Source: Roseibacillus sp.
Lineage (GTDB): Bacteria > Verrucomicrobiota > Verrucomicrobiia > Verrucomicrobiales > Akkermansiaceae
Reading direction: 5' to 3'
Assembly (NCBI GenBank): GCA_051251855.1
Contig: JBPOGI010000004.1
Coordinates: 352,001-416,000, forward strand
DNA length: 64,000 bases
Position numbers and translations under genes: made by a program. The notes under the pieces were generated by a model. It worked only from the letters and a program-made list of their open reading frames with translations. It was not told the DNA's origin and did no database searches. Of this stretch, positions 39,799-49,686 are shown piece after piece; position 1 is the first letter of the stretch, and each line of letters opens with the position of its first letter.

Positions 39799-39942
39799 GT
39801 CACTCAAACTCAAAAACCATCGGTCCGTCCTCTGTGTTCACTCCGCGACTCTGCGTTGAAAAAAGTCCAACCCAGTCCAGCCATCCCACCTAAAAAGACA
39901 TCACCTCGGCGACAATCAAGTCCGTCTCTTCAACGCGATTCT

Positions 39943-41121
39943 TCACTCCGCAAAGAGTCGAAACGCCACCCCCAGCGGAGCAGCTTCCTCATCGTCCCAG
40001 CGAAAATTAAACTCTGCCGCCCCACTCCGCTGACCCACCGCCACAACATCGAACCGAGTGAAATTCTCTTGAGCTAGGTCGTATTCCAAACGCCCAAAAA
40101 CCGTCGGCTCAAAAGTCTGTCCTCCCCCTTCAAGACGAGACACACCCCGCAACTCGATGACCTGTTTTCCACCTTCACGCGACACCTCCCTCACCGTCCA
40201 ACTCCCCTCTCGAAAATACTCTTTTCCTGCATTGCACTGCCCACGCGCACAATCCTTCAACGCCTGCTGCGAAATCTTCTTCACCAAAGATTGCGGCAAG
40301 GTCTTCGTCTCCCCTTTTGCCACTCGAAACAAGTCCACTTCTTCTCGTTTCAAATCAAGGAACCCCAAGTTCACCGGTCGTTGATTCCTCTCTGTATGCG
40401 GCAATCGATTCTCGCCACGTGGCAAATCTCGATACCCCAACTGCAACTTCAACCCACCCTTTTTCGGTTCTGCCCCCACAAAAAATGGCAGCTCATTTTC
40501 GGGCACGGCCTTCATCGCCTCTCCCCGCTTTCGGAATTCTAACAACGCCTTTTTCAGAATCTCAATGGTCCGGTCTCGATCCACCCACGCAAAACCACCC
40601 GCCAGATACTCTCCCTCCGCCGTCATACAGTAGGTCCCCTGGCAAGTAGCAGGCTTCTCCGGAATCAAATTATCAGGAGCATTCCGCCAATACGTCTCAA
40701 AGAGATTCGTGCTCTCAATCGTTTTCAACCACTGGCGATTAAACCAATCCGGTGGACGGAGATCCCAACACTCATCCGCCACACACACGAACTCCTGCGC
40801 CAACTTCTGAACCTGCGGGTCTGACCAGACCTCCCAGCGTCCCACGATACCATTATTTCAAGTCTCCCCCGCCGGATGCCCATTCATGGCCCACAACAGA
40901 ACCGGCCGCCCCAGCTCCCGTGCCTCCTCCGCCGCAAATTCCAACTCCCGATGCCAGCGAATCTGCCGCCAAGCCAGCTCATCCCCCTTCGGAAAAATGA
41001 ACTCCTGCCACTTGCTCAAATTCTCCGCATCCACCTCAGGGACCTCCCACTTCTCGCCTGATTCCTTTCCAAAAAGAACACCCACCAACAGGAGCCAAAA
41101 AATAAGAAATCGTCTCAACAT
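39943..41121 (-). CDS. Putative selenoprotein (thioredoxin-like, SelN-like motif), in-frame TGA at 40858-40860
   Basis: ORFs 40858-41121 and 39943-40845 are in one frame: ...LLWAMNGHPAGET-TGA-NNGIVGRWEVWSDP...; 392 aa with signal peptide if read through. Confidence 0.75.
40815..40838 (-). promoter_or_regulatory. Candidate bacterial SECIS hairpin
   Basis: mRNA GGUCU-GGUC-AGACC stem-loop; G-initiated apical loop begins 31 nt after the UGA. Confidence 0.5.
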
Positions 41122-41370
41122 CTCATCACCTTAGCTAACCCCGATTTTCGTTCAAGTGAAGAGCGCCGCCACAATCCCTCGGCAGGGATGCCCTCTCACC
41201 TTTCCTAAACCACCACAAATAACCTCGCGCTCTTCCCTCTGCCCATTATGATACTAATCATTCGACTGTCAGGAAAATCATCACTCTTGTTTTGCGGGGA
41301 AACAGATAGCTCCCCCAAACCCCAACCGCTTCTTCCCATAAAATCGCGCATCTTCCTTAGCCTTACCTGC

Positions 41371-43566
41371 ATGCTGACAATGGTGTCTCCCAGCCTCGCA
41401 GCGCCGCTCAGCTCAATCGATGGACTGAGCCAAGAAGCACTAGATTCACTCGTCGCTCATTACGATGCCAGCATTGGCGTCGCAACCAGCGGTCTCATGA
41501 AGGAAGTCGCGACATGGAACCCGGTTGATGAGGACGGCAACCAGCTCTCGAACAACCTAGGCCAGCTGATTCTCCAGGATAATTACGGTGCCCCAGTTGC
41601 AGGCCAAATCACCCAAAACTCAACTGGGAACATCGTCCAGTTCGCTGATCCTGAAACCGGACCACCTTACGAGGGTCAGCGCCTCGAAGGTCTACTTCCT
41701 CAGCTCGCAAACACCTCCAATTACACCATTTTCTGGCGCGGGCACTATGAAAACGAACACCACTTCCAGCACCTCGGCATGTATGCCTACAACCTCGGAC
41801 CTAACGTCATCTTCCACCAACGTGGCTATCATGGAAGCCCTTCGGAATTTAACATTCACGTGAGTAATAGCCCTAGCCCATTCGGCGATAGCATCACCCG
41901 CTTCGATGATCAGGACACCGTGTGGAGCACCGTTGTCTCGGGAGGCTCGCTCGCAGCCTACGCCAACGGAATCAATCTGAATGTGAGTGGCCGGGGAAAC
42001 CAATTTCATTCTGCCCCAGAAATCACTCTAGGAGCTATCGGCCCAAGCGGCTTCGACTTTGTGGGCGAAATCAAAGACCTCATCATTTTCCGCAGCGCCC
42101 TCAGTGATTCCGACCGCGCCCTCATTCGTACACACCTCTCCCCTCCCAAAGTCATCGTCACCAATACCAATGACTCTGGCTCAGATACACTGCGCCAAGC
42201 TGTCTATGATTCTCCGTCAAACACCACTATTACATTTGCCCCGAACCTCTCCGGGCAAACAATCACCATCCACGGGGGCGAACTATCGATCGGCAAAAAC
42301 CTCACCATCGACGCCTCTTCCCTCCCCGAGGGGATCACCATCAATGTGTCTGGCCAAAAGCGCATCTTCCACATCCAACCCAATAATGAAGTCTCTATGG
42401 TTGGCCTTACTCTTACCGGCGGCATCGCCTCTGGGAACGGCTTCCCCAACGACGTTGGGGGAGCGATCTACAACGAACAGGCGTCCTTGAAACTCACGGG
42501 CTGCACTCTCTTCGATAATTCCGCCACCTTTGGAGGTGCCATTTACAGTGATGGAGATTCCGGCAGCGTAACCCTAAGGCTGAGCCAATGCACAATCTCC
42601 GACAATTCCGCATCCGAGAGCGGCGGCGCCATCTACAGCAACGGCGATTTCGGGAGCGCGAACCTGAGCCTAAGCACATGCACCCTCTCAGGTAATTCCG
42701 CATCCAACAGCGGCGGAGGCATCTACAGCAACGGCTTAGAAGGAAGCGCGATCACGAGTTTAAGCGCCTGCACTCTTTCAAATAATACTGCCAACTTCGG
42801 TGGCGGCGTCTTCAGCCATGGCACAAGTGGCAGCGCGCCCTTGAGTTTGAACAACACCATTCTCGCCGGAAATACCGCCGCGATCTCCGGACCAGATTTG
42901 AAAGAGCTTCTCTCCGGAGCCACGACCACCGCCATTGGCACCAATCTCATGTCAGCCCTCAACGACGGACATGATCCTATCGATCTGAGTGAGGGCGGCA
43001 CCATCATCACTGGCGACCCAAATCTCTCCTCTCTCGGCCACTATGGCGGCCCCACTATGACTATGCCACCACTCCCTGGCTCCCCCGCGATCAATCCTTC
43101 CAATGATACGACCACCGACCCCGGAGGTACCGATCAACGAGGTTTCCAACGTTTCATTGGCGGAACACTCGATATCGGGGCGGTGGAGTTTCAAGGAGAA
43201 GCAGGTGAACTCGCCCTCACCTTCGATCTCGATCCCGATAACGACGGAATCTCTAATGGTCTCGAGTTCGCTATCGGCACCAACCCTATCCTTGCCGATG
43301 CCGGAGATTCAAAAAACCTTCGCATCGCTTCCGGAAACCAACCTCTCTTAACCTTCGGCGTCGATGACGAACAACAGAGCAGCATCATCCTGCGTCTCAT
43401 GCGTTCAACTGATTTGATGAGCTTTGATGAAGTGCTATCGAATGAGCAAACAGAATTTGTGGTCTTCTCTAACCAGCTTCTCAACTTCTTCGGCCTTATC
43501 CCACCACCAGGACAAAGAGAAAAAGCCTTCTACCGTCTCGAAGCTGAATTGAGACCCATTCCATAA
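41371..43566 (+). CDS. Secreted beta-helix protein with LamG-like N-domain, GGAI repeats, choice-of-anchor Q-like domain and FYRL C-terminus; start uncertain
   Basis: [16 protein letters not shown], repeated N.A...[59 protein letters not shown]. Confidence 0.85.
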   Translation: MLTMVSPSLAAPLSSIDGLSQEALDSLVAHYDASIGVATSGLMKEVATWNPVDEDGNQLSNNLGQLILQDNYGAPVAGQITQNSTGNIVQFADPETGPPYEGQRLEGLLPQLANTSNYTIFWRGHYENEHHFQHLGMYAYNLGPNVIFHQRGYHGSPSEFNIHVSNSPSPFGDSITRFDDQDTVWSTVVSGGSLAAYANGINLNVSGRGNQFHSAPEITLGAIGPSGFDFVGEIKDLIIFRSALSDSDRALIRTHLSPPKVIVTNTNDSGSDTLRQAVYDSPSNTTITFAPNLSGQTITIHGGELSIGKNLTIDASSLPEGITINVSGQKRIFHIQPNNEVSMVGLTLTGGIASGNGFPNDVGGAIYNEQASLKLTGCTLFDNSATFGGAIYSDGDSGSVTLRLSQCTISDNSASESGGAIYSNGDFGSANLSLSTCTLSGNSASNSGGGIYSNGLEGSAITSLSACTLSNNTANFGGGVFSHGTSGSAPLSLNNTILAGNTAAISGPDLKELLSGATTTAIGTNLMSALNDGHDPIDLSEGGTIITGDPNLSSLGHYGGPTMTMPPLPGSPAINPSNDTTTDPGGTDQRGFQRFIGGTLDIGAVEFQGEAGELALTFDLDPDNDGISNGLEFAIGTNPILADAGDSKNLRIASGNQPLLTFGVDDEQQSSIILRLMRSTDLMSFDEVLSNEQTEFVVFSNQLLNFFGLIPPPGQREKAFYRLEAELRPIP

Positions 43567-43768
43567 TCCCTCTGTAGGCGCGACAAGACGCGGAGCTGCG
43601 TTGGTAACAACGCGGGCGGGATGGACTTCGATGCGTGAGCAGCCCGCTTGCTCACAAAAGCAGCTCCGGTGCACGGCAACGGTATCAACCCCGGCGGCAA
43701 TAAACGCTCCAGTCAAATTCTTCACTTCAACGTTGGACGTTCGGCGTTCGATGTTGGACGTTCTCCCC

Positions 43769-44160
43769 ATGCCTTTCGAACTTGCCAGTGACTACGAGCC
43801 AGCCGGCGACCAGGCCCAGGCCATCGCCAAGCTCACCAAGTCCATTGAGGCCGGCAACAAGCACCAGACCCTCCTCGGGGTCACGGGCTCGGGCAAGACT
43901 TTCACCATGGCGAACGTGATCCGGAACATCGGCAAGCCGACCCTGATCATGTCGCACAACAAGACCCTCGCGGCTCAGCTCTACTCCGAGTTCAAGAACT
44001 TCTTCCCCAACAACGCGGTCGAATAATTCGGCTACTACCAACCCGAGAACTACATCCCGCGCTCCCACATCCTATTCGCAGCCAAAAAGTTCGTCACCAA
44101 TAGCAACAGACTGAAGGACTCGGTGCGCGCCATTAAAAAAGAGTGCGCCGAACAAGTAGG
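43769..44160 (+). pseudogene. uvrB: Truncated uvrB 5' duplicate
   Basis: First 85 codons identical in protein to 47487 copy, TAA at 44024-44026, then degenerate fragments (YYQPE.YIPRS; H..F.AK.FVT...AIKKECAEQV) with internal deletions. Confidence 0.9.
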
Positions 44161-44300
44161 TCCCAAAAACTGCCCAATCCACCGCATTCATGTCCTCACC
44201 CGATGCAAGAACCAGTCCAACCGCAAGCGCAAACTCACCCAGCCTTCACCGAGACCTTCCTCCTTGAAAAATCTTGAATTCCAGCTACCAGAAAGTAGGT

Positions 44301-47075
44301 ATGAAATCGCTCGTCTCCTTTCTCGCTGTAGCTTCTCTCACCGCTACCCTCGCCTTTGCGGGCCTCCCCCTCCCCACGAATATTATGGTCACCAACACCG
44401 ACGACTCTGGCGTCGGTTCCCTCCAACAAGCGATTTTTGACTCAGTCCCGGACGGCTCCATCACCTTCGACCCCGCCGTCTTCAACACCGAGGCTAACAA
44501 GACCATCACCCTCACCTCCGGCCAACTGGTCCTTTCTGGAAAAGAGCTCACCATCGATGCCTCCTGCGTCTGCGGTATCACCCTCGACGGCAACGACAAC
44601 AGCCGCCTCTTCTCCCTCCAGTCCTCCGCTACCCTTACCCTCAACGCCTTTAACCTCACCCGCGGGAATGCGATCGATGGCGCAGCCATTCACGTCGATT
44701 CCGGATGCACCCTCACCCTGACCAATTCCGCTCTCTACAACAACGCGACCCCAGACGATGGAGGCAACTCCGGTGGAGGTCTCTACAACGCCGGAACTGC
44801 CACTGTTGAAAACTGCACCTTCTACCGCAACTTCGCCTGGCTCGGTGGTGCCATCCAAACAAACTTTGGAGGAGAAACCACTTTGCGCCACTGCACCATC
44901 GTCGACAACAGCTCCACCGACATCGCCGGCGGGGTCACTAACGGCGGCACTCTCACGATGGAAAACACCGTCCTCGCCCACAACGTCAACAACGCAGGTG
45001 GCAACCCCAACTTGGCCAGCTCCGGCCCCTTCACCTCTCTCGGCGGCAATTTCGTGAGAGACAATACCGGTGAAGCCTCAAAATTCCCCCTAAGCCCATT
45101 CGGCACCACAAACGCGAACGGCGACTACGCCGGCACCGCAGCTCAACTCCTCAATCCAGGCTTTATCACTTCCGGCGAAGCCTTCGGCACCACCGGCTAC
45201 CTCACCAACCACGGCGGCCCCACTCTCACCTTGATGCCCCTTCCTAACTCTCCCCTTATCGATAAGGCCAAACCCACCACCACTCCCACTCCGGACCAAC
45301 GTGGTGTCGCCACCCTCGCCCTCCGCGACATCGGGGCCGTCGAGACCACTTGGGACCAATTCCTGACCATTACCAGCCCCGGCACCACTCTCGATATCAC
45401 CGTCCCCACCGACTCCATCATCACCTTCCCTGCCGGAAATCCAATCTCATTCACCATCCCCGCAAGCTACGCCATCGACAACACCAATGCTGACGTCGTC
45501 TTGCCCAACGAAGTCAACTCCGGCTTCACCATCTCCCCCGCTCTCGGCTCGACTCAAGTCCTCGGCCTCTCCATCCAAAGTGGACCGTTCTCCGCCGATC
45601 TCAACGGAGCCCCCTCCTCCTTCATCCTCCTCGGCTCGTCAGACCTCAACCACTTCACCCCCCTGACTGCCGGACCAATTCCTCCCTTCACAGGCCAGAG
45701 CCAAACCCAAACCATCTACTTCACCCACTACCTCCCCACCTACGTTCACTACCGCCTCATCTTCCCACAAAACCACTTCGACAACGACCTCACTATCGGC
45801 GAAATCCAACTCCTCGGTGTCCCCGCCGGCATTCCTTGCCTTACCGACGTCACTCTTGCGCACGATCCAAACGGCGAGTCCGACATCATCATCGAGGCCC
45901 AAGTTCGCCCCGACCGCAGCTACAAAGTCCTTGCTGGAGACTCTCCCGACAACCTTGTGGAAGATGGAAACTTCAGCCCTGACTTGAGTAACGTCGAACC
46001 TTTCGCCTCCACCTACGTGCAAACTTTTAATAGTAGTCAAACCGTCCCCCAAAAACAATTCTTCCGCCTCCAGGAGCAGACCACCTGGCAAGCCACCACC
46101 GCCGATTCCACCCCCAACGTTGGCCAATTCACCTCCCTCGCCTTTTCCCCAGCCGGTCTCCCCGCCATCTCCCACTTCGACAATTTCGACCCCGGCCTCA
46201 AGTTCGCCGCCTTCGATGGCACTTCCTGGCAGAACACCACCGTCGATTCCACCGGTTCATACACCTCTCTCGCCTTCTCCCCCGCCGGACTCCCCGCCAT
46301 CTCCTATACTGACGAAACCAACTTTTCCAATGCAGCCCTCAAGTTCGCCTCCTTCGATGGTTCCTCTTGGCAAACTGAAACCGTCGATTCCTCCGGCAAC
46401 GTCGGCTGGGATACCTCCCTCGCCTTTTCCCCCGCCGGTCTCCCCGCCATCTCATACAGGGACAGCACCAACGAAGACCTCAAGTTCGCCTCCTTCAATG
46501 GCTCCTCTTGGCAAATCGAAACCGTCGATTCCTCCAGCAACGTCGGCTTGGACACCTCCCTCGCCTTCTCACCCGCCGGTCTCCCCGCCATCTCCTACTA
46601 CGACGTCACAAACGAAGACCTCAAGTTCGCCACCTTCGACGGCTCCTCTTGGCAAACCGAAACCGTCGACTCCTCCGGCAACGTCGGCAGATGGCCCTCC
46701 CTCGCCTTCTCCCTCGCCGGTCTCCCCGCCATCTCTTACTACGACGTCACCAACGAAGACCTCAAGTTCGCCTCCTTCGATGGCTCCTCTTGGCAACCCG
46801 TCACCGTCGACTCCCTCGGCAACGTCGGCTGGTATACCTCCCTCGCCTTCTCCCCCACCGGTCTCCCCTCCATCTCCTATACTGACGTCAGCAGCACCAA
46901 CCTTAAATACGCCTCCTTCGATGGCTCCTCTTGGCAACCGACCACCATCGATTCCACCGGCAACGTCGGCTTGGACACCTCCCTCGCCTTCTCCCCCGCC
47001 GGTCTCCCCGCCATCTCTTACTTAGACCTCACCAACATCAACGGCGTCCTCAAATACATCGAACTCACCCCCTAA
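44301..47075 (+). CDS. Secreted choice-of-anchor Q-like protein with C-terminal seven-repeat beta-propeller
   Basis: Signal peptide; VTNTDDSGVGSLQQAI, HGGPTLTLMPLPNSPLID, DQRG, DIGAVE; internal QFFRLQ; 7 x ~47 aa repeats. Confidence 0.87.
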   Translation: MKSLVSFLAVASLTATLAFAGLPLPTNIMVTNTDDSGVGSLQQAIFDSVPDGSITFDPAVFNTEANKTITLTSGQLVLSGKELTIDASCVCGITLDGNDNSRLFSLQSSATLTLNAFNLTRGNAIDGAAIHVDSGCTLTLTNSALYNNATPDDGGNSGGGLYNAGTATVENCTFYRNFAWLGGAIQTNFGGETTLRHCTIVDNSSTDIAGGVTNGGTLTMENTVLAHNVNNAGGNPNLASSGPFTSLGGNFVRDNTGEASKFPLSPFGTTNANGDYAGTAAQLLNPGFITSGEAFGTTGYLTNHGGPTLTLMPLPNSPLIDKAKPTTTPTPDQRGVATLALRDIGAVETTWDQFLTITSPGTTLDITVPTDSIITFPAGNPISFTIPASYAIDNTNADVVLPNEVNSGFTISPALGSTQVLGLSIQSGPFSADLNGAPSSFILLGSSDLNHFTPLTAGPIPPFTGQSQTQTIYFTHYLPTYVHYRLIFPQNHFDNDLTIGEIQLLGVPAGIPCLTDVTLAHDPNGESDIIIEAQVRPDRSYKVLAGDSPDNLVEDGNFSPDLSNVEPFASTYVQTFNSSQTVPQKQFFRLQEQTTWQATTADSTPNVGQFTSLAFSPAGLPAISHFDNFDPGLKFAAFDGTSWQNTTVDSTGSYTSLAFSPAGLPAISYTDETNFSNAALKFASFDGSSWQTETVDSSGNVGWDTSLAFSPAGLPAISYRDSTNEDLKFASFNGSSWQIETVDSSSNVGLDTSLAFSPAGLPAISYYDVTNEDLKFATFDGSSWQTETVDSSGNVGRWPSLAFSLAGLPAISYYDVTNEDLKFASFDGSSWQPVTVDSLGNVGWYTSLAFSPTGLPSISYTDVSSTNLKYASFDGSSWQPTTIDSTGNVGLDTSLAFSPAGLPAISYLDLTNINGVLKYIELTP
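46086..47072 (+). repeat. Seven in-frame tandem 141-bp repeats
   Basis: TGG (Trp) starts at 46086, 46227, 46368, 46509, 46650, 46791, 46932; core TSLAFSPAGLPAISY. Confidence 0.93.
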
Positions 47076-47289
47076 TTCCCGTCCCCTAGGTCCTCCGAAG
47101 ACCTCAAAGACTCACAATCGAATCTTCCGCGCTCCTCAACTCGGAAAAGAGCCTTCTTGTCCACTCATCGGCCCCCAAGCAATTCAGAGCCAAGACATCC
47201 GCAGTCGAAAAGCCCTCCTCTCTTTCTCCGCTTCTTGCCAGGTAAGAGCCCTCTAGACGTTACCGCGTAAAATCAGAGCGTATTCAAAA

Positions 47290-47361
47290 AACAGCGTTCA
47301 AATGAAGGAATGCCAGCGCAACCAACTCGGCGGTGCCATCTACATCCTGAATCGGCAGTAG
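47290..47361 (+). pseudogene. Duplicated 3' end of the L,D-transpeptidase-like gene
   Basis: NSVQMKECQRNQLGGAIYILNRQ* versus NSGQVKQYQRNQLGAAIYILNRQ* at 38174-38245 (72 nt, colinear). Confidence 0.85.
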
Positions 47362-47373
47362 CTGGAAGGATGA

Positions 47374-47429
47374 CCTCGTCCTATCCAACCACAGGCCAAA
47401 AATCCGACGGCAATAAAAGCCGCCGCTCC
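47374..47429. repeat. Right half of MITE/REP-like element (near-copy of about 38296-38351)
   Basis: CGTCCTATCCAACCAC(A/T)GGCCAAAAATCCGAC..CAATAAA..CCGCCGCTCC shared. Confidence 0.8.
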
Positions 47430-47486
47430 GTCAAATTCTTCACTTCAGCATTGGACGTTAGGCGTTCGATGTTGGAAGTTCTCCCC

Positions 47487-49685
47487 ATGCCTTTCGAACT
47501 TGCCAGCGACTACGAGCCTGCCGGCGACCAGGCCCAGGCCATCGCCAAGCTCACCAAATCCATTGAAGCGGGGAACAAGCACCAGACGCTTCTGGGAGTC
47601 ACGGGCTCGGGCAAAACCTTCACCATGGCGAATGTGATCCGGAACATCGGCAAGCCGACCTTGATCATGTCGCACAACAAGACCCTCGCGGCTCAACTCT
47701 ACTCCGAGTTCAAAAACTTCTTCCCCAACAATGCGGTCGAGTACTTCGTTTCCTACTTCGACTACTACCAACCCGAGGCCTACATCCCTCGTTCAGACAC
47801 CTACATTGAGAAGGACTCTTCCATCAACGAGGAAATTGAACGAATGCGCCTCTCCACGATGGGCTCCGTCCTCACCCGCGAAGACGTCATTGTGATCGCC
47901 TCCGTCTCCTGCATTTATGGTTTAGGCAGTCCCGATGATTACGAAAGCGCAATGCTTCCCGTCTGGGTCGGCAAAGAAATCGGCCGCGACGAATTCCTCA
48001 AAGAGCTCGTCAACCTCCTCTTCGAGCGCAACGACATCGCCTTTGGCCGTGGCAAATTCCGCGTGCGGGGCGACGTCGTCGAGATCCATCCCGCCTACCT
48101 CGACGAGACCGCTATCCGCGTGGAATTCTTCGGCGACGAAATCGAACGCATCTCCAGCATCGACTCTCTGCGCGGCACCGTCATTGACCGCATCGAGTCC
48201 CACACCTTCTTCCCCGCTAAGCAGTTCGTCACCGACCGCGCCAAACTCAAGGACGCCATGCACGCCATCAAGAAGGAATGCGCCGAGCAGGTGGCTGCCT
48301 TCGAAAAGGCAGGAAAACTCATCGAAGCCCAACGCCTCAAGATGCGCACCGACTACGACCTCGAGATGATGGAGGAGATGGGATTCTGCCAAGGTATTGA
48401 GAACTACTCCCGCCACCTCACCGGCCGCCCACCCGGCGCTCGACCCTACACCCTGTTAGACTTCTTCGCCTCCAAGGACTTCATGCTCATGGTGGACGAG
48501 AGCCACGTCTCCATCCCTCAAATCGGCGGCATGTATGAGGGCGATCGCAGCCGCAAGACCGTCCTCGTCGACCACGGATTTCGCCTCCCCAGCGCCCTCG
48601 ACAACCGCCCGCTCAGATTCCCCGAATTCATGGAACAGACCATGCAACGTCTCTACGTCTCCGCCACTCCCAAGGTCTTCGAACTCGCCAACTCCCGACC
48701 CGACAACCACAGCTACCTTGACATCAAACGCCAAGCCCAGGAAAGCGGCCTCGACATTCTCACCTTAAAAAAGATGAAAGTCCGCACCAGCGGCAGCGAC
48801 GAATCCGTAGAAGACTTCGACCCCACCAAGCGCAGCACCCCTCTCGTAGTCGAACAAATCATTAGACCTACTGGACTCCTCGACCCCATCCTCCACCTCA
48901 AGCCCCTCAAAGGCCAAATCGACGAAACCATCGAACTCTGCCGCCAACGAGTCGAAAAAAACGAGCGCGTCCTCGTCACCACCCTCACCAAAAAAACCGC
49001 CGAAGACCTCACCGACTACCTCGTTGGAGTCGACCTCAAGGTGCGCTACCTTCACTCCGACATCGACGCCGTCGAACGGGTCGAAATCCTACGCGCCCTC
49101 CGCGCCGCCGAGTTCGATATCCTCATCGGCATCAACCTTCTCCGCGAAGGACTCGATCTCCCCGAAGTTTCCCTCGTCTGCATTCTCGATGCCGACAAAG
49201 AAGGCTTCCTCCGCAACGAGACCTCCCTCATCCAGACCGCGGGCCGCGCCGCCCGCCACGTCAATGGCGAGTGCGTCCTCTTCTGCGACAAGATCACCGA
49301 CTCCATCCAAAAACTCATCGACGTCACCGAATACCGTCGCGCCAAACAACAGGAATACAACGAGAAGCACGGCATCACCCCCCAAAGCGTGATCCGCAAA
49401 GTGCAAGAGAGCCTCCACACCTACGACGAGACCGCCAGCAAAGGTCGCAAAATCAACGCAGGACTCGTCGCCGAGGACGACATGCTTTACAACGTCACCG
49501 AGGTCCTCAACGAACTCGAAGGCGAGATGCAAGAAGCCGCCAGCAAACTCGAATTCGAACGCGCCGCCCACCTCCGCGACCAAATCAAACAGCTCAAAGA
49601 AAAAGCCGGCCTCACCGACAAACCCCGTCCTGACAAGTCAGTCACCTTCAAAAAGCCAAAGGCCAAACGAGCAAAAAAGAAGTAA
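47487..49685 (+). CDS. uvrB: Excinuclease ABC subunit B
   Basis: [50 protein letters not shown]-terminal UVR (FERAAHLRD). Confidence 0.98.
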   Translation: MPFELASDYEPAGDQAQAIAKLTKSIEAGNKHQTLLGVTGSGKTFTMANVIRNIGKPTLIMSHNKTLAAQLYSEFKNFFPNNAVEYFVSYFDYYQPEAYIPRSDTYIEKDSSINEEIERMRLSTMGSVLTREDVIVIASVSCIYGLGSPDDYESAMLPVWVGKEIGRDEFLKELVNLLFERNDIAFGRGKFRVRGDVVEIHPAYLDETAIRVEFFGDEIERISSIDSLRGTVIDRIESHTFFPAKQFVTDRAKLKDAMHAIKKECAEQVAAFEKAGKLIEAQRLKMRTDYDLEMMEEMGFCQGIENYSRHLTGRPPGARPYTLLDFFASKDFMLMVDESHVSIPQIGGMYEGDRSRKTVLVDHGFRLPSALDNRPLRFPEFMEQTMQRLYVSATPKVFELANSRPDNHSYLDIKRQAQESGLDILTLKKMKVRTSGSDESVEDFDPTKRSTPLVVEQIIRPTGLLDPILHLKPLKGQIDETIELCRQRVEKNERVLVTTLTKKTAEDLTDYLVGVDLKVRYLHSDIDAVERVEILRALRAAEFDILIGINLLREGLDLPEVSLVCILDADKEGFLRNETSLIQTAGRAARHVNGECVLFCDKITDSIQKLIDVTEYRRAKQQEYNEKHGITPQSVIRKVQESLHTYDETASKGRKINAGLVAEDDMLYNVTEVLNELEGEMQEAASKLEFERAAHLRDQIKQLKEKAGLTDKPRPDKSVTFKKPKAKRAKKK

Positions 49686-49686
49686 C

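Noticed and set aside
46086..47075. 141-bp repeats as a CRISPR array or DGR template/variable repeats
   Set aside because: Repeats are in-frame coding units with no unique spacers; differences are not adenine-specific; no cas or reverse transcriptase gene in the window.
47076..47220. Minus-strand VDKKALFRVEE as another eroded FFRL-type tail
   Set aside because: Too short and degenerate to support without alignment.
47310..47486. N-terminal extensions of uvrB (and of ORF 43601) in the ORF track
   Set aside because: They translate repeat and leader DNA; UvrB homology starts at MPFEL.
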